Origin: Hypanus sabinus | Taxonomy: Eukaryota | DNA length: 64,000 bases | Assembly: GCF_030144855.1 (NCBI RefSeq) | Contig: NC_082716.1 | Coordinates: 46,252,001-46,316,000 of the forward strand | Reading direction: 5' to 3' | In this document: positions 1 through 14,063 of the stretch, piece by piece | Layout of the letters: each line of letters begins with the position of its first letter | How positions within the stretch are numbered: position 1 is the stretch's first letter | Position numbers and translations under genes: made by a program | The notes under the pieces: generated by a model | The model's input: only the letters and a program-made list of their open reading frames with translations | Database searches by the model: none | What the model was told of the DNA's origin: nothing

Positions 1-49
1 AATACTCCCTTTTTTATCGGTTATCAGTCTTGCTGAAATGAAAAGGTAC

Positions 50-200
50 CTGCCGACAATCATCAGCTCCTGTTCAGTGGCATTTGTGCGAAACCTCTGC
101 CAGATATCCAAGGTGAAGAGTGTGCTGCTGCTGTTAAATATTGAGGTGAGTGAACTCATTAAAGCAGCCATCATTACTGCTATCATCAGCCCCCTCAAAC
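50..200 (-). CDS. slc5a9: slc5a9 exon 10 (gene continues beyond the window start)
   Basis: cag|(G)[49 protein letters not shown]-|gtacct; 151 nt; includes the Na2-site helix MSSLTS. Confidence 0.95.
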
Positions 201-289
201 CTGGTTCAAAACAAACACAGAAAGAAAAAATAATCAAGCGTAGTAGAAAAGGAGGACAATATCACAATTTTTGTAATGTCCCTATTATT

Positions 290-1100
290 AGGAGATTAGG
301 AGAACAGACAAAGGAGTGGCAGATGGAATACAGTGTCCAGGAGTGTATGGTCATACATTTTGGCAGAAGAAATGTAAGGGTTGGCTATTTTCTAAATGGA
401 GAAAAATACAAAAAAACTGAGGTGCAAAGGGACTTGAGAATCCTTGTGCAGGGTTCCCTAAAGGTTAATTTGCAGGTTGAGTCTGTGGTGAGGAAGGTAC
501 ATGTAATGTTAGCATTCATTTCAAGAGGACTAGAACATAAAAGCAAAGATGTAATGTTGAGACTTTATAAAGCACTGGTAAGGCCTCACTTGAAATATTG
601 TGAGCAGTTTTGGGCTCCTTATCTTAGAAAGGATGTGCTAAAACTGGAGAGGGTTCAAAGGAAATTCACAAAAATGATTCCAGGATTGAATGGCTTGCCA
701 TATGAAGAGCATTTGATAGCTCTGGGCTGGTATTCACTAGATTTCAGAACAATGAGGGGTGACCTCATTGAAATCTATTGAATAGTGAAAGGCCTTGATA
801 GAGTGGATGGGGAGAGGGTGTTTCCTGTGGTGGGGTGTTCTTTTAGAATGCAGATGAGGAGGAATTCTTTATCCAGTGTGGTGAATCTGTAGAATTCTTT
901 GCCTCAGGCAGCTATGTAGGCCGATTTTTAAAGTATATTTAAGGCAGAGATTGATAGATTCTTGATTGGTCAGGGCATGAAGGGATACAAGAGATGGGGC
1001 AGGAGATGGGGGCTGAGAGGAAAACTGGATCAGCCATGATGAAATGGAGAAGCAGACTTGATCCACCAAATGACCCAGTTCTGTTCTTGTGTCTTAAGGT
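290..1100 (+). mobile_element. CR1 LINE 3' fragment
   Basis: ORF 38-781 C-terminal part LYKALVRPHLKYCEQFWAP...LERVQRKFTKMIPGL is the CR1 ORF2 tail; followed by CR1 3'UTR. Confidence 0.9.
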
Positions 1101-1980
1101 CTTAGATATCAATAAATAGATATCAATCATTATCCTTTTCATAATTTCAAGCACAAATGATCAAATCACATGTCTTATACAGAAGAATTTATTGTTGGAC
1201 AAATTGCTCTGTATAATTAATTCCCCTATATCAGATACCCATTCACCTGTTACATTTAGTCAGTATTATTTGTTTCAGTTTCTGTGTGAGGTTTTCAAGG
1301 TGGTAGCAGATTGATGAACAATCAGTGTATAAGAACAATCAAAAGTTATTGATTTTAATGGTCAATTTCTATATTTTTCTAAATTTGGAGTATTACTCCA
1401 CATCTGTAGAAACATTTGCTACTTTGTTTTGATTATTTGAGCCAGAGAGAAGGGATATTTCCCAGCTGAGATTTAACCCCTTATCTGCCACATTGCTTCA
1501 AGGTCTTCAAGAGCAACTTCTCCCTAACAAACTTTTGTTTCAAGTTATCACTTGGTTACATTTAGCAGTGGTATTCTTGATTGTGAAGGTTACAGGTGGG
1601 AGAAATACTTATAATGCAAACATAGTCTTCCCATTTGGAATGATATTGTAAGTTCTTGATTTTAGCAAAGATGAATGGAGACCAAGCAGCTACTCATGTG
1701 CCACTTTGGCAAACAATGACAGACAGACAGACATACTTTATTGATCCCAAGGGAAATTACACCCACAAGGTCTTGAATGATTTGCCTGGCTCATTCCTCG
1801 TGGGAAATGGGCACCTTAATCATGAGGGTGAATAAATGGAGGCTGAAATACACTTCAGGAATAATTGTGAAATAAATTAGCAAGGTGCTGTGCTGATAAT
1901 GGGAGCTGACAGGTTGAGCAGGTGACAAGAATAGATGCACTATTCATTGGTATGCAAGATGGTAATAAATACAGCCTCAC

Positions 1981-2088
1981 CTACAGGCATAAGTTCCACT
2001 ACCAGCTTGGGGTAGGCAATGTTTGAACATCCTACTCTGGCTCCACAGACTGACTCACAAATGTCAGGATCCACACAGCCCACCTGAT
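1981..2088 (-). CDS. slc5a9: slc5a9 exon 9
   Basis: cag|(D)[35 protein letters not shown]-|gtgagg; 108 nt. Confidence 0.95.
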
Positions 2089-2464
2089 CTGGAAATATTC
2101 AACGTAAATTATTAACAAAGGAAATACTTCAGAAATTCAAGTGAATACCTTCTATACATTTTAAAACAGTTAACGCTAATAGAGTTGATGCTAAAGTGTT
2201 AACATCAGAGTTACCTGGGACCTGGTACTTCCACAGAATGTGCTGAATAGCTTTTTTCTCTCAATTGAAAAAATGAAACATTGTTATTCCTCCTGCCACA
2301 TATTTATTCATTAATGTACTGTCTACATAGATATTATAAATATTTACTTAATATATTTAATATACTTAAATATTTAATTATCTTTCTGTGAAAAACATGG
2401 TTTACAACAATAATTGCCTGACAGTTTTATACCAAAATCTCCAAAACACAAATTTGATATACAC

Positions 2465-2600
2465 CTGGATACAGAGTTCTGCTGATCATGCCAGGCCAGA
2501 CAATGAAGAACATGGGCAACATCTTCAGATAACCTCCCAAAACTGATCCCCCTTTGGCATGGGAAAGAGTTTTTGCTGAAAGGGACCTCTGTACGATTAC
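2465..2600 (-). CDS. slc5a9: slc5a9 exon 8
   Basis: tag|[45 protein letters not shown]-|gtgtat; 136 nt. Confidence 0.95.
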
Positions 2601-2849
2601 CTAATGAAAGGAAACAATTGTAAGTAAATTATATGTAAATTACAGAACAACGTATCAAGTCATTAGGGTCTGTTAGCTGCAAACAGCCAGTATTTCTACA
2701 GTAGGGGTGATTCCAATGCCAGCTACCGTATTGGATTGGATGACCAAACAGCTGCTCGAGTAACCAAGCAAAGAGGTTTCGGCATTGGTCAGTGTAAATG
2801 ACATCACTTCAGGACTTACATAGTATATAGGATTCTGCTCTCATTTAAA

Positions 2850-3187
2850 CCTATTGAATTTTGAAAAGCCTAGATAGAGTGGATGTGGAAAGGATGTTTC
2901 CAATAGTAGGGGAGTCTAGGACCAAAGGGCACAGCCTCAGAATATAATAACATCCCTTTCAAACAGAGATGAGGAGGAATTTCTTTAGCCAAAGGGTGAT
3001 GAATCTGTGGAATTCACTGCCACAGATGACTGTGGAGGGCAAGTCTTTGGGCATATTTAAGAGGTTCTTGATTAGCAAGGGTTACATGGGAAAGGATCAA
3101 AGGGTTAATAAATCAGCGATAATGGCATAGAGGTGCAGAATTGATGGGCCAAATGGCCTAATTCTGCTCTTATGCCTTATGGTCTTA
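2850..3187 (+). mobile_element. CR1 LINE 3' end
   Basis: gagatgaggaggaatttctttagcc...aatggcctaattctgctcttatgccttatggtctta terminus. Confidence 0.85.
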
Positions 3188-3689
3188 AAAATCCAAAACC
3201 ACACGAGATCTACAAATACTTCATTGACTGGGGAGAGTAGGACTGGAAGGAAGAAAGGAAAATAGCATGTAATGTCTTTTTATTAAATAATTGCTTCTAT
3301 ATTTTTCATTATTTACAAGTGCTTTCAAATGATTTATTTAATTCCATGTCAGAAAGTTCTCCGGTGGAGGCATTTTACCAGCTTCCAGACTTTCAAAGGA
3401 GGATCACCTTCAAGTCTTGTACTTCCTCACTTTTATCACTCTGCCATGTTTTCTGAGGCCTTGCCACCATCCAAGACTCCATCACCTGGCTCTTGGCCAA
3501 TCAAGACCCCAGAAATCATTCTTCCTGATCCAAAGGAGATGAGGTTGTAGAATGAGGAAAGGAAATAATGAGCCAGGACAATAAATTTGATATAAACAAC
3601 ATTGCTACTTTTCCTATGGTTTGCTCTACCTGCCTTTAGGACAATGAGACATTGACTCTCACATTATATCATCATACATCCTCTGAATG

Positions 3690-4050
3690 AATTAAGTTCA
3701 AAGTTCATAGTAAAAGTTATTGTTAGAGTACACACATAACCCTGATGTTCTTTTTTTTACAGGCAAATTTATAGAACAGTAACTGTAACAGGATCTGTAA
3801 ACTGTAAATATCAGGAACTAAAAACTGTAAACAAACTGTGCAAATGCAGATAAAAAATAAATAGTGAACATGAAAAAATGAGATAAAAGAGTCCTTTAAT
3901 GAGTGTAGTTACCCCTTTTGTTCAAGAGCCTGATGGATGAGGGGTAGTAACAGTCCTTGAACCTGGTAGCGTGACTCCTGAGGCTCCTGTCCCTGAATGC
4001 AGCAGCAAGAAAAGAGCATAGCCGGCGGGTGGAGGGTGGTGAGGATCTTT
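3690..4050 (-). mobile_element. Rex1/Babar-like LINE 3' remnant
   Basis: Minus strand ...gttactacccctcatccatcaggctcttgaac... ending in an aactttgaac tail. Confidence 0.6.
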
Positions 4051-4664
4051 GATTAGCTTGAATGAGTTCTGTTGTAATTTAGTGAACTTTAAATGGCTTA
4101 GTGTTTTTACTCTGAGCTAACAAGCAGAAAATACCAGTCCCAACAATAAACATCTCAGGTCATCGTCATTTCAGGGTCAGTAGGAGTCACTTCCATTGGC
4201 AATGATGTTGGGTATATTCTTAACGTTTCTAACAAATGCTCGTTATAATAAGGAAGAAATATGGTACAAGTTAATTCACCATGTATCTGCTATTATCATC
4301 TGCATTAGTTTAAAGCCATACAACAAGGGACATACAAGGAAGTCCAGATTGCCATCAATAATAACACTGATTTAACACAATAGAGAATCTGACTTGTTTA
4401 ATACCTACCCTTTTCCAAGAAACAACATATCAATCTTAATTTACTCATTAGAGCTCTAGCAGTATGGGAATACATTTGGCGTATGTTATGAATGGACAGC
4501 ACATTTGTTCATTAAACAGGAAAATCAAAATGTGAAAAAGGAAAAAAAAACACTGCATAATTAACTTCCATAATGATTGTGAGATATCTAACCATGTGGA
4601 GATCAAATCATTTTAATTGCTATTAAATTTCCCATGATGATGTCCTTAGACTATTGCGATTTAC

Positions 4665-4870
4665 CTGATCAGTACACCAACACCATGTGGCAAGTACTGT
4701 AAGTCCAAATATGAGTCCAGGCCAAGGAATGTCACCATTGACTGGGTCTCGAAACATGTGGAAAGCATCAGCACGTGGAATGTGACATGAAGTATTTGCC
4801 ACAGTAATGTTAGGAATTGCTTGAAAGTACTTTTCTTCCAACCCTGAATACCAACCGACTTTGTTTAAAC
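4665..4870 (-). CDS. slc5a9: slc5a9 exon 7
   Basis: cag|(G)[68 protein letters not shown]|gtaaat; 206 nt. Confidence 0.96.
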
Positions 4871-5476
4871 CTGAAATCAAAAAGACACATTTTATTTCCA
4901 TGTACCAAGCAAACTTTTATTAATAAATTCATCAATTTCATCTGAAAGTTACAACAAAGCACTACTTCTTAATATCTAGAATATATTTTACATTATGAAT
5001 ATGAATAATTTATAAAATAGGTTCTGATCTGTCTTAAAGACCATGATCTTGCTATTATACTTGAACAATTTCAAAATATGAGTTTACTGAATTTATGCAG
5101 AAGGCCATGGTATGGATTAACTAACAGCTCAGAATAAGTTACATCTAAATATTAATATTGGCAAGTCAGTTCACTTGTCACCTTATCAATTGCAACTGGT
5201 TGCACTTAGTGTGAAAAGTGTTACTTCAGTCAGCTGACAACATTCTTAACGCAGAGTAGTTGTTTCTGGGATCGGATTTCTCTTCAGAACAATTGGTAAA
5301 TTGGAGAAAAGGAACAATGGGAGACAGAAAAAGGGATTAAAGAAGAGCAAGAGTAGGCCAGCAAAGACTAGAGTGAAGGGGAGTGGGGTTTGGTGCAAGT
5401 TTGTGCACAAAGTAGAAAATAAGTTCAGAATTATAGAATAGTAAAAAAGCATGGATGAGGGTTTCGTTGGTGGATT

Positions 5477-5528
5477 ATATATATATATATATATACATAC
5501 ACACACACACATGCACATATATATAATA
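5477..5528. repeat. (TA)n(CA)n microsatellite at the Tc1 edge
   Basis: tatatatatatatatatatacatacacacacacac. Confidence 0.9.
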
Positions 5529-6989
5529 TGACTATAAAAAGTATTCAGCTCCCTTGGAAGTTATCATGTTTTATTGTTTTATAACATTTAAGTTGGCCTT
5601 TTTTACAAACGTTTACATCGATAGACAGAAAAAGACTCTTTTGTGTCAAAGTGCAAACAGATCACAACAAAGTAATCTAAAATAATTATAAATATAAAAC
5701 ACAAAATAATTGATTGCAAAAGCATTCACCCACTTCAAGTCAGTATTTAGTAGATGTACCTTTAGCAGCAATTACAGCATTGAGACTGTGTGGATAGGTC
5801 TCTATCAGCTTTGTACATCTGGAACCCGCAATTTTTCCCCATTCTTTCTAAAACTGCTCACGCTCTGTCAGGATGGATGGGAATTGTGAGTGAACATCCC
5901 TTTCCAAGTCCAGCCACAAGTTCTCAATTGGATTGAGGTCTGGACTATGACTTGGTCACTCCAGGACATTAACTTCGTTGTTTTTAAGCCATCCCTGTAT
6001 AGCTTTAGCTTTATGTTTGGGGTCATTGTCTTGCTGGAAAACAAATCTTCTCCCAAGTCGGAGTTCTCTTGAAGACTGCATCAGGTTCTCCTCCAGGATT
6101 TTCCTGTATTTTGCTGCATTAATTTTACCCTTCCAGGGCCTGCTGCACTGAAGCATCCCACAGCACGATGCAGCCACCACCATGCTTCACGATAGGGATG
6201 GTGTGCTTTTGATGATGTGTGGTGTTTGGTTTATGCCAAACATAGCATTTAGTCTGATGGCCAAAGAGCTCAACTTTAATTTCATCAGAGCAGAGAACAT
6301 TCCAGCTGATTTCAGAGTCTACCACATGCTTCCTGGCAAATTGTGTATTCATGTGTGTATTTTTCAACAGTGGCTTCCTCTTTGCCACTCTCCCAAAAAG
6401 CTGTGATTGGTGAAGCACCCGGGCAACAGTTTTTGTCTGTGCAGTTGTTCTCATCTCAGCCACTGAGGCTTGTAACTCTTCCAGAGTTCTCATAGGTCTC
6501 TTGGTGGCCTCTCTCACTAGTCCCCTTTTTGCATGGTCACTCAGCTTTTGAGGACGGTTTGCTCTAGGTAGATTTACAGCTGTGCCATATTCTTTCTATT
6601 TTTTTGATGATTGAGCTATCTGTGCTCCAAGGGATATTCAGTGACTCCAAAATTCAATGGCTGAGGCTTTGAATTACTACTTTGTGTCAGTATTCATGGT
6701 GGAGGACACATCTAACATGCAAAAGAGAGGTTATGGATGTGATGGAAGGTGAAGACCTCAATACAATAGCTATCACTAAAGAGGTAGTGCTGAGCAAACT
6801 TGTGGGCCTGAAGATAGACAAGTCCCCTGGTTCTGATGGAATGCATCCCAGGGTATTGAAGGAAATGGCAGAAGTTATAGTGGAGGTTTTGGTGATAATT
6901 CTTTGGTCAGGTCCGAGCAGATTGGAAGATGGTGAATGTCCTGCCACTGTTCAAAAAAAAAGTAGGCAAAAGGAGGTAACTATAGGCCA

Positions 6990-7468
6990 CACGAGTGAAT
7001 CTGCAGATGCTGGAAATAAATAAAAAACACAAAATGCTGGCAGAACTCAGCAGGCCAGACAGCATCTATGAGAGGAGGTAGTGATGACGTTTCAGGTTGA
7101 AACCCCTCATCAGGAGTGAAGTAACATGGGATGGTCAAGGGGGGATAAGAAGCGGGGGGGAGGATGAAGTAGAGAGCTGGGAAGTGATAGGCTGGAGGGA
7201 AATGGGCTAGGGGGGAAGGTGGAGAATTATAGGAAATAAAAGAGAAAGAAAGGTAGGGCTGGGCGGAGATTGTAGTGAGGGGGGGATAAAGAGAGAGAAA
7301 GAGAACCAGACTAAAATTATAGATAGGGATGGGGTAAGGGGGGGCAGGGGTATCAACGGAGGTCTGTGAGTTCACTCCTGATGAAGGGTTTCGACCCGAA
7401 ACGTTGTCACTACCTCCTCCCATAGATGCTGTCTGGCCTGCTGAGTTCTGCCAGCATTTTGTGTTTTT
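6990..7468. mobile_element. Penelope-like fold-back element (pseudo-LTR plus inverted copy)
   Basis: 13-bp TSD taactataggcca (6977-6989 / 7469-7481); about 100-bp inverted repeat 7021-7120 / 7371-7470; hammerhead core on each arm. Confidence 0.85.
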
Positions 7469-9855
7469 TAACTATAGGCCAGTTAGTTTAACATCTGTAG
7501 TTGGAAAAATGCTTGAAGCTGTCCTTAAAGAAGAAATAGTGAGGCACCTGGAAAGAATTGGATCCATCAGACAGATGCAGCATGGATTCAGCAAAGGCAG
7601 GTCCTGTCTGAGAAACTTACTGGATATAATGAGGGGATCAGATAGATGTTATTTACTTGGATTTGAGAAGGCATTAGACAAGGTGCCACATTATCCATAA
7701 GATAAGAATGCATAGATTTGGGGGTGATGTATTAGCATGGATAGAGGATTGGTTAACAAATAGAATGCAGAGAGCTGAGATACACGGATACTACTCTGGT
7801 TGAAATCAGTGCTGAGCTGTGTGCTGCAGGGATCAGTGCTGGGCCCACAACTATTGACGATATACGAGTGGTAAAGGGAAAAGGAAGTGAGTGCAGGGTC
7901 CCCCTGCAGCCATTCCCCTCAGCAACAGGTATACCCCTTTGGACACCTGTGGAGCATCTGAGCAAGGCAGCAGCAGTCAGATCAAAGGCACTGTGGTTGG
8001 CTCTGAGCCCCAGAAGGGTAGGGTAGGGTGAAGTGAAGTGGAGTAATGGTCATAGGGGAGTCGATAGTTGGAGGGACAGAAAGGAGATTCTGCAGCAGCA
8101 AAAGAGACGCCAGGATAGTGGGTTGCCTCTCAGTTGCCCTAGGATCCAGGATGGCTCTGAATGGTTGCAGAATATTCTTGAAGGGGAGGGTGAGCAGCCA
8201 GAGGTCATGGTACGTGTTGGTACCAATGACATAGGCAGGAGAGGGGTAGAGTTCCTGCAAAGTAAGTTTAGGAAGTTAGGAAGAAGAGGCTGAAGAGCAG
8301 GACCTCCAAGGTGGTAATCTCTGGATTACCCCCAGTGGGGTCAGAACAGGAAGATAGTGGAGATAAATGAGTGGCTGAGGAGATGGTGCAGGGGGCAGGG
8401 TTTCATGTACTTGGATCATTGGAACCTTTTCTGGGGAAGGGGTGAACTACACAAATGGGACATGTTGCACCTGAACTGGAAGGGAAGCAATATCCAGGGA
8501 GGGAGATTTGATAATGTTATTGGGGAAGGGTTAAACTAGATTTGCAGGGGGTGGGAACTGAAGTGAAGAGGCAGATGATAGGTTGGTTGGCACACAAGTA
8601 ATGACAACTAGTAAGGAGTTTATGAGGAAGGATAGGCAGATGACAGAGCAAAGATGCACTCAACCAGATGGTATGAGATGTGTCTATTTAAATGCAAGTA
8701 GTATCATGAGGAAGGCGGATGATCTTAGAGCCTGGATCAATACGGGGAACTATGATGTTGTGGCCATTACAGAGACTTGGATGTTTCAGGGATGGCTGCT
8801 GAGTGTGCCAGGCTTTAGAAATTTCAAAAAGGACAGGTAGAGAGACAAAAAAGGTGGAGGAGTGGCACTGCTAATCAGAGTTAATGTCACAGCTGCAGAA
8901 AAGGAGGAAGTCACAGTGGGATTGTCTACTGAGTCATCGTAGGTGGAAGTCAGAAAAGGGAAGGGGGAAGTAACTCTACTGGGTGTTTTTATAGACACCC
9001 CCAATTGTAACCGAGACAATGAGGAGCAGATAGAGAGGCAGACTCTGGAGTGGTGCAATAATAATATGGTTGTTGTGTCGGGTGATTTAACTTCACCAAT
9101 ATCGACTAGTATCTCCTTAGAGCAGGGGTGGAGTTTATTCAATGTGTTCAAGAAGGTTTCCTGATACAATATGTAGATAAGCCAACTAGAGGAGAGGCTG
9201 TTCTTGATCTGGTATTGGGAAATGAACCTTGTCAGGTGTCAGTAGGAGAGCATTTTGGAGGTAGAGTTAGGCAGGAATCTGGAAACATAAATTGGGAGTA
9301 GATACTCTCAGGGAAATACACAGCAGAAATGTGGCAAATGTTCAGGGAGCATTTGCATGGCATTCTGCATAGGTATATTCCATTGAGGCATGGAAAGGAT
9401 GTTAGGATAAAAAAACCATGGCATACAAAGGATGTAGAAAATCTAGTTAAGAAGAAAAGAAAAGCTTACGAAAGGTTCAAGAAACTAGGTACAACTAGAG
9501 ATCTAGAAAATTACAAGGGTGCCAGGAAGGATCTCAAGAAGGAAATTAGGAGAGTTTGAAGGGGCCATGAGAAGGTCATGGTGAGCAGGATTAAGGAAAG
9601 CCCTAAGGAATTCTACGAGTATGTGAAGAGCAAGCGGATGAGCCGCGTGAGAATAGGACCAATCAGGTGCGGTAGCGGAAACGTGTGCATGGAGTTGGAG
9701 GAAAGGTACTTAATCAATATTTTGCTTCAGTATTCACAAGTGGAGCGGACCTTGGCAATAGTGGGAATAACTTACAATGGTCTGAAAGGCTGGAGTGTAT
9801 AGACATTAAAAAAGACGATGTGCTGCAGCTTTTGAAAAGCATTAAGTTAGATACT

Positions 9856-11250
9856 GTAAAAAAAAGCCTCAAAAAGTAAACCAGGAAATTATAGGATGGT
9901 AAGTTTGACATCGGTGGTAGGTAAATTATTGGAAGGAATACTAAGAGATAGGATCTACAAGTATTTGGATAGACAGGGACTTATTAGAAACAGTCAGCTT
10001 GGCTTTGTGTGTGGTAGTTCATGTTTAATCAATCTATTTTTTGAGGAAGTTACCAGGAAAGTGGATGAAGGGAAGGCAGTGGATATTGTATACATGGACT
10101 TTAGTAAGGCCTTTGACAAGGTCCCGCATGGGAGGTTAGTTAGGAAGATTCAGTCGCTAGGTATACATGGAGAGGTAGTAAATTGGATTAGACATTGGCT
10201 CAGTGGAAGAAGCCGGAGAGTGGTAGTGGAGGATTGCTACTCTGAGTGGAGGCCTGTGACTAGTGGTGTGCCACAGGGATCAGTGCTGAGTCCATTGTTC
10301 TCTATATCAATGATCTGGATGATAACGTGGCAAATTGGATCAGAAAATTTGCTGATGATACAAAGATTGGAGGTATAGTGGACTGTGAGGAAGGTTTTCA
10401 AAGCTTGCAGAGGGATTTGGACCATTTGGAGGAATGCGCAGAAAAATGGCAGATGAAGTTTAATGCAGACAAGTGTGAGGTATTGCACTTCGGAAGGTCA
10501 AACCAAGGTAGAACATACAAGGTAAATGGTAGGACACTGAGGAGTGCAGTAGAACAGAGGGATCTGGGAGTACAGATACATAATTCCCTAAAAGTGGTGT
10601 CACAAGTAGATAGGGTTGTAAAGAGAGCTTTTGGTACATTGGCCTTTATAAATCAAGTTATTGAGTATAAGAGTTGGAATGTAATGGTGAAGTTGTATAA
10701 GACCAAATTTGAAGCGTTGTGTGCAGTTTTGGTCACCTAATTAGAGGAAGGATATTAATAAGGTTGAAAGAGTGCAGAGAAGGTTTACAAGGATGTTGCC
10801 GGGACTTGGGAAACTGAGTTACAGAGAAAGGTTGAATAGGTTAGGACTTTATTCCCTGGAGTGTAGGAGAATAAGGGGTGATTTGATAGAGGTGTATAAA
10901 ATTATGATGGTATAGATAGAGTGAATGCAAGCAGGCTTTTTCCACTGAGGCTAGGGGAGAGAAAAAACAGAGGTCATGGGTTAAGGGTGAAGGGGGAAAA
11001 GTTTAAAGGGAACATTGGGGGGGGGGCTTCTTCATGCAGAGAATGGTGGGAGTGTGGAATGAGCTGCCAGATGAAGTGGTGAATACTGGCTCACTTTTGA
11101 CATTTAAGAAAAACTTGGACAGGTATATGGATGAGAGGGTTTTGGAGGGATATGGCCCAGGTGCAGGTCAGTGGGACTAGGCAGAAAAATGGTTCGGCAC
11201 AGCCAAGAAGGGCCAAAAGTCCTGTTTCTCTGCTGTAATGTTCTATGGTT
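9856..11250 (+). mobile_element. CR1 LINE (CR1-C) RT and 3' end nested in CR1-B
   Basis: VSLTSVVGKLLE, YMDFSKAFDKVPH, SGVPQGSVL, FADDTKIGG; tail tgttctatggtt. Confidence 0.85.
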
Positions 11251-12116
11251 AAATCACTGGTTAATACCCCAGGATACTGTGGGAAGTGAAGAAGGAGATT
11301 GCTGAGCCTCTGGCAATGATTTTTGCAACATCAGTAGGGACAGGAGAAGTACCAGAGATTTGGACGGTTGCAAACATTGTTCCCCTGTTCCAGAAAGAGA
11401 GTAGAGATAACTTGGGGAAATTATAGACCAGTGAGTCTTCAGTGGTGGGCAAGTTGTTGGAGAAGATCTTGAGAGGCAGGATTTAGGAGCATTTGGAGAG
11501 ACATAATGTGATTCGGGATAGTCAACATGGCTTTGTCATGGGCAGGTCAAGCCTTATGAACCTGATTGAATTCTTTGAGGATGTAACAAAACACATTGAT
11601 GAAGGTAGAGCAGTAATTGTAGTGTATATGGATTTCAGTAAGGTATTTGATAAGGTTCCCTATGCAAGGCTCATTCAGAAAGTAATGAGGCATGGGATCC
11701 AAGGAGACATTACTTTGTAGATCCAGAATTGGCTTGCCCACAGAAGGCAAAGGGTTTGTATTCTTCATGGAGGATGGTGACCAGTGATGTTTCACAGGGA
11801 TCTGTTCTGGGGTTCTTCCTTTTTGTGATTTTTATACATGACCTGGATGAAGAAATAGAAGGGTGGGTTAGAAAGATTGCTGATGACACAAAAGTTGGGG
11901 GTGTTGTGGATAGTTTGGAGGGTTGTCAGAGGTTACAGCGAGACATCAATAGGATGCAGAACTGGGCTGAGAAGTGGTAGATGGAGTTCAATCCAAAAAA
12001 GTGTGAAGTGGTTCAGTTTGGTAGGTCAAATTTGAAGACAGAATATAATACTAATGGCACACACAAAATGCTGATAGAACACAGCAGGCTAGACAGCATC
12101 TACAGGGAGAAGCGAT

Positions 12117-12151
12117 GTCGACGTTTCGGGCCAAGACCCTTCGTCAGGACT
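12117..12151 (-). ncRNA. Minimal hammerhead ribozyme motif (inverted partner)
   Basis: Reverse complement reads agtcCTGACGAagggtcttggcccGAAAcgTCgac. Confidence 0.75.
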
Positions 12152-14063
12152 AACCGAAAGGAAAGATAGTAAGAGATTTGAAAGTAGTGGGGGGAGGGTG
12201 AAATGCGAAATGATATGAGAAGACCGGAGGGGGTGGGATGAAGCTAAGAGCTGGAAAGGTGATTGGTGAAAGTGATACAGAGCTGGAGAAGGGAAAGGAT
12301 CATGGGATGGGAGGCCTCAGGAGAAAGAAAGGGGGAGGGAAGCACCAGAGGGAGATGGAGAACAGGCAAACAACTAAATATGTCAGGGATGGGGTAAGAA
12401 GGGGAGAAGGGATATTAACGAAAGTTAGAGAAGTCAATGTTCACGCCATCAGGTTGGAGGCTACCCAGCCGGTATATAAGGTGTTGTTCCTCCAGCCTGA
12501 GTTTAGATTCATTTTGACAATAGAGGAGGCCATGGATAGACATATCAGAATGGGAATGGGACGTGGAATTAAAATGTGTGGCCACTGGGAGATCCTGCTT
12601 TTTCTGGCAGACTGAGCGGTGGTGTTCCACGAAATGGTCTCCCAGTCTGCGTCGGGTCTCGCCAATATATAAAAGGCCACACCAGGAGCACCGAACGCAG
12701 TATACCACACCAGCCGACTCACAGGTGAAGTGTCGCCTCACCTGGAAGGACTGTCTGGGGCCCTGAATGGCGGTGAGGGAGGAAGTGTAAAGGCAGGTGT
12801 AGCGCTTGTTCGGTTTACAAGGATAAGTGCCAGGAGGGAGATCGGTGGGAAGGGATGGGGGGAACGAGTGGACAAGGGTGTCACGTATGGAGCGATCCCT
12901 GCGAAAAGCAGAAGGGGGGGGGAGAGGGAAAAATGCGTTTGGTTGTGGGATCCCATTGGAGGTGGCGGAAGTTACGGAGAATTATATGTTGGATCTGGAG
13001 GCTGGTGGGGTGGTAGGTAAGGACAAGGGGAACCCTATCCTGAGTGGGGTGGTGGGTGGATGGGGTGAAGGCAGATGTGCGGGAAATGGGAGAGCTGCGT
13101 TTGAGAGCAGAGTTGATGGTGGACGAAGGGAAGCCCCTTTGCTTAAAAAAGGAAGACATCTCCTTCGTCCTGGAAAGAAAAGCCTCATCCTGAGAGCAGA
13201 TGCAGCGGAGATGGAGGAATTGTGAGAAGGGGATAGCCTTTTTGAAAGAGACAGGGTGGGAAGAGGAATAGGTCAGGTAGCTGTGAGAATCTGTAGGTTT
13301 ATAGTAGATATCAGTAGATAGGCCGTCTCCAGAGATGGAGACAGAAAGATCAAGAAAGGGGAGGGAGGTGTCGGAAACGGACCAGGTAAATTTGAGGGCA
13401 GGGTGAAAGTTGGAGGCAAAGTTAATGAAGTCGACGAGCTCAGCATGCATGCAGGAGGCAGCGCCAATGCAGTCATCGATGTAGCGAAGGAAAAGAGGGG
13501 GATGGATACTGGTATAGCCTTGAGCGTCTGGTGCTCCCGGTGTGGCCTTTCATATATCGGCGAGACCCGACACAGACTGGGAGACCATTTCGCTGAACAC
13601 CTACGCTCGGTCTGCCAGAAAAAGCAGGATCTCCCAGTGGCCACACATTTTAATTCCACGTCCATTCCCATTCTGATATGTCTATCCATGGCCTCCTCTA
13701 TTGTCAAAATGAATCTAAACTCAGGCTGGAGGAACAACACCTTATATACCGGCTGGGTAGCCTCCACCCTGATGGCATGAACATTGACTTCTCTGACTTC
13801 TATTAATGCCCCTCCTCTCCTTCTTACCCTAACCCTGACATATTTAGTTGTTTGCCTGTTCTCCATCTCCCTCTGGTGCTTCCCCCCCGCCTTCTTTCTC
13901 CCGAGGCCTCCCGTCCCATGATCCTTTTCCAGCTCTGTATCACTTTCACCAATCACCTTTCCAACTCTTAGCTTCATCCCACCCCCTCCGGTCTTCTCCT
14001 ATCATTTCGCATTTCCCCCTCCCCCCTCTACTTACAAATCTCTTACTGCCTTTCCTTTCGGTT

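Noticed and set aside
38-781. 247-aa plus-strand ORF
   Set aside because: Chance fusion of the antisense of slc5a9 exon 10 with a CR1 ORF2 fragment; not a gene.
13273-13977. 234-aa minus-strand ORF and neighbouring overlapping ORFs
   Set aside because: Antisense and alternative frames of the Penelope inverted duplication.
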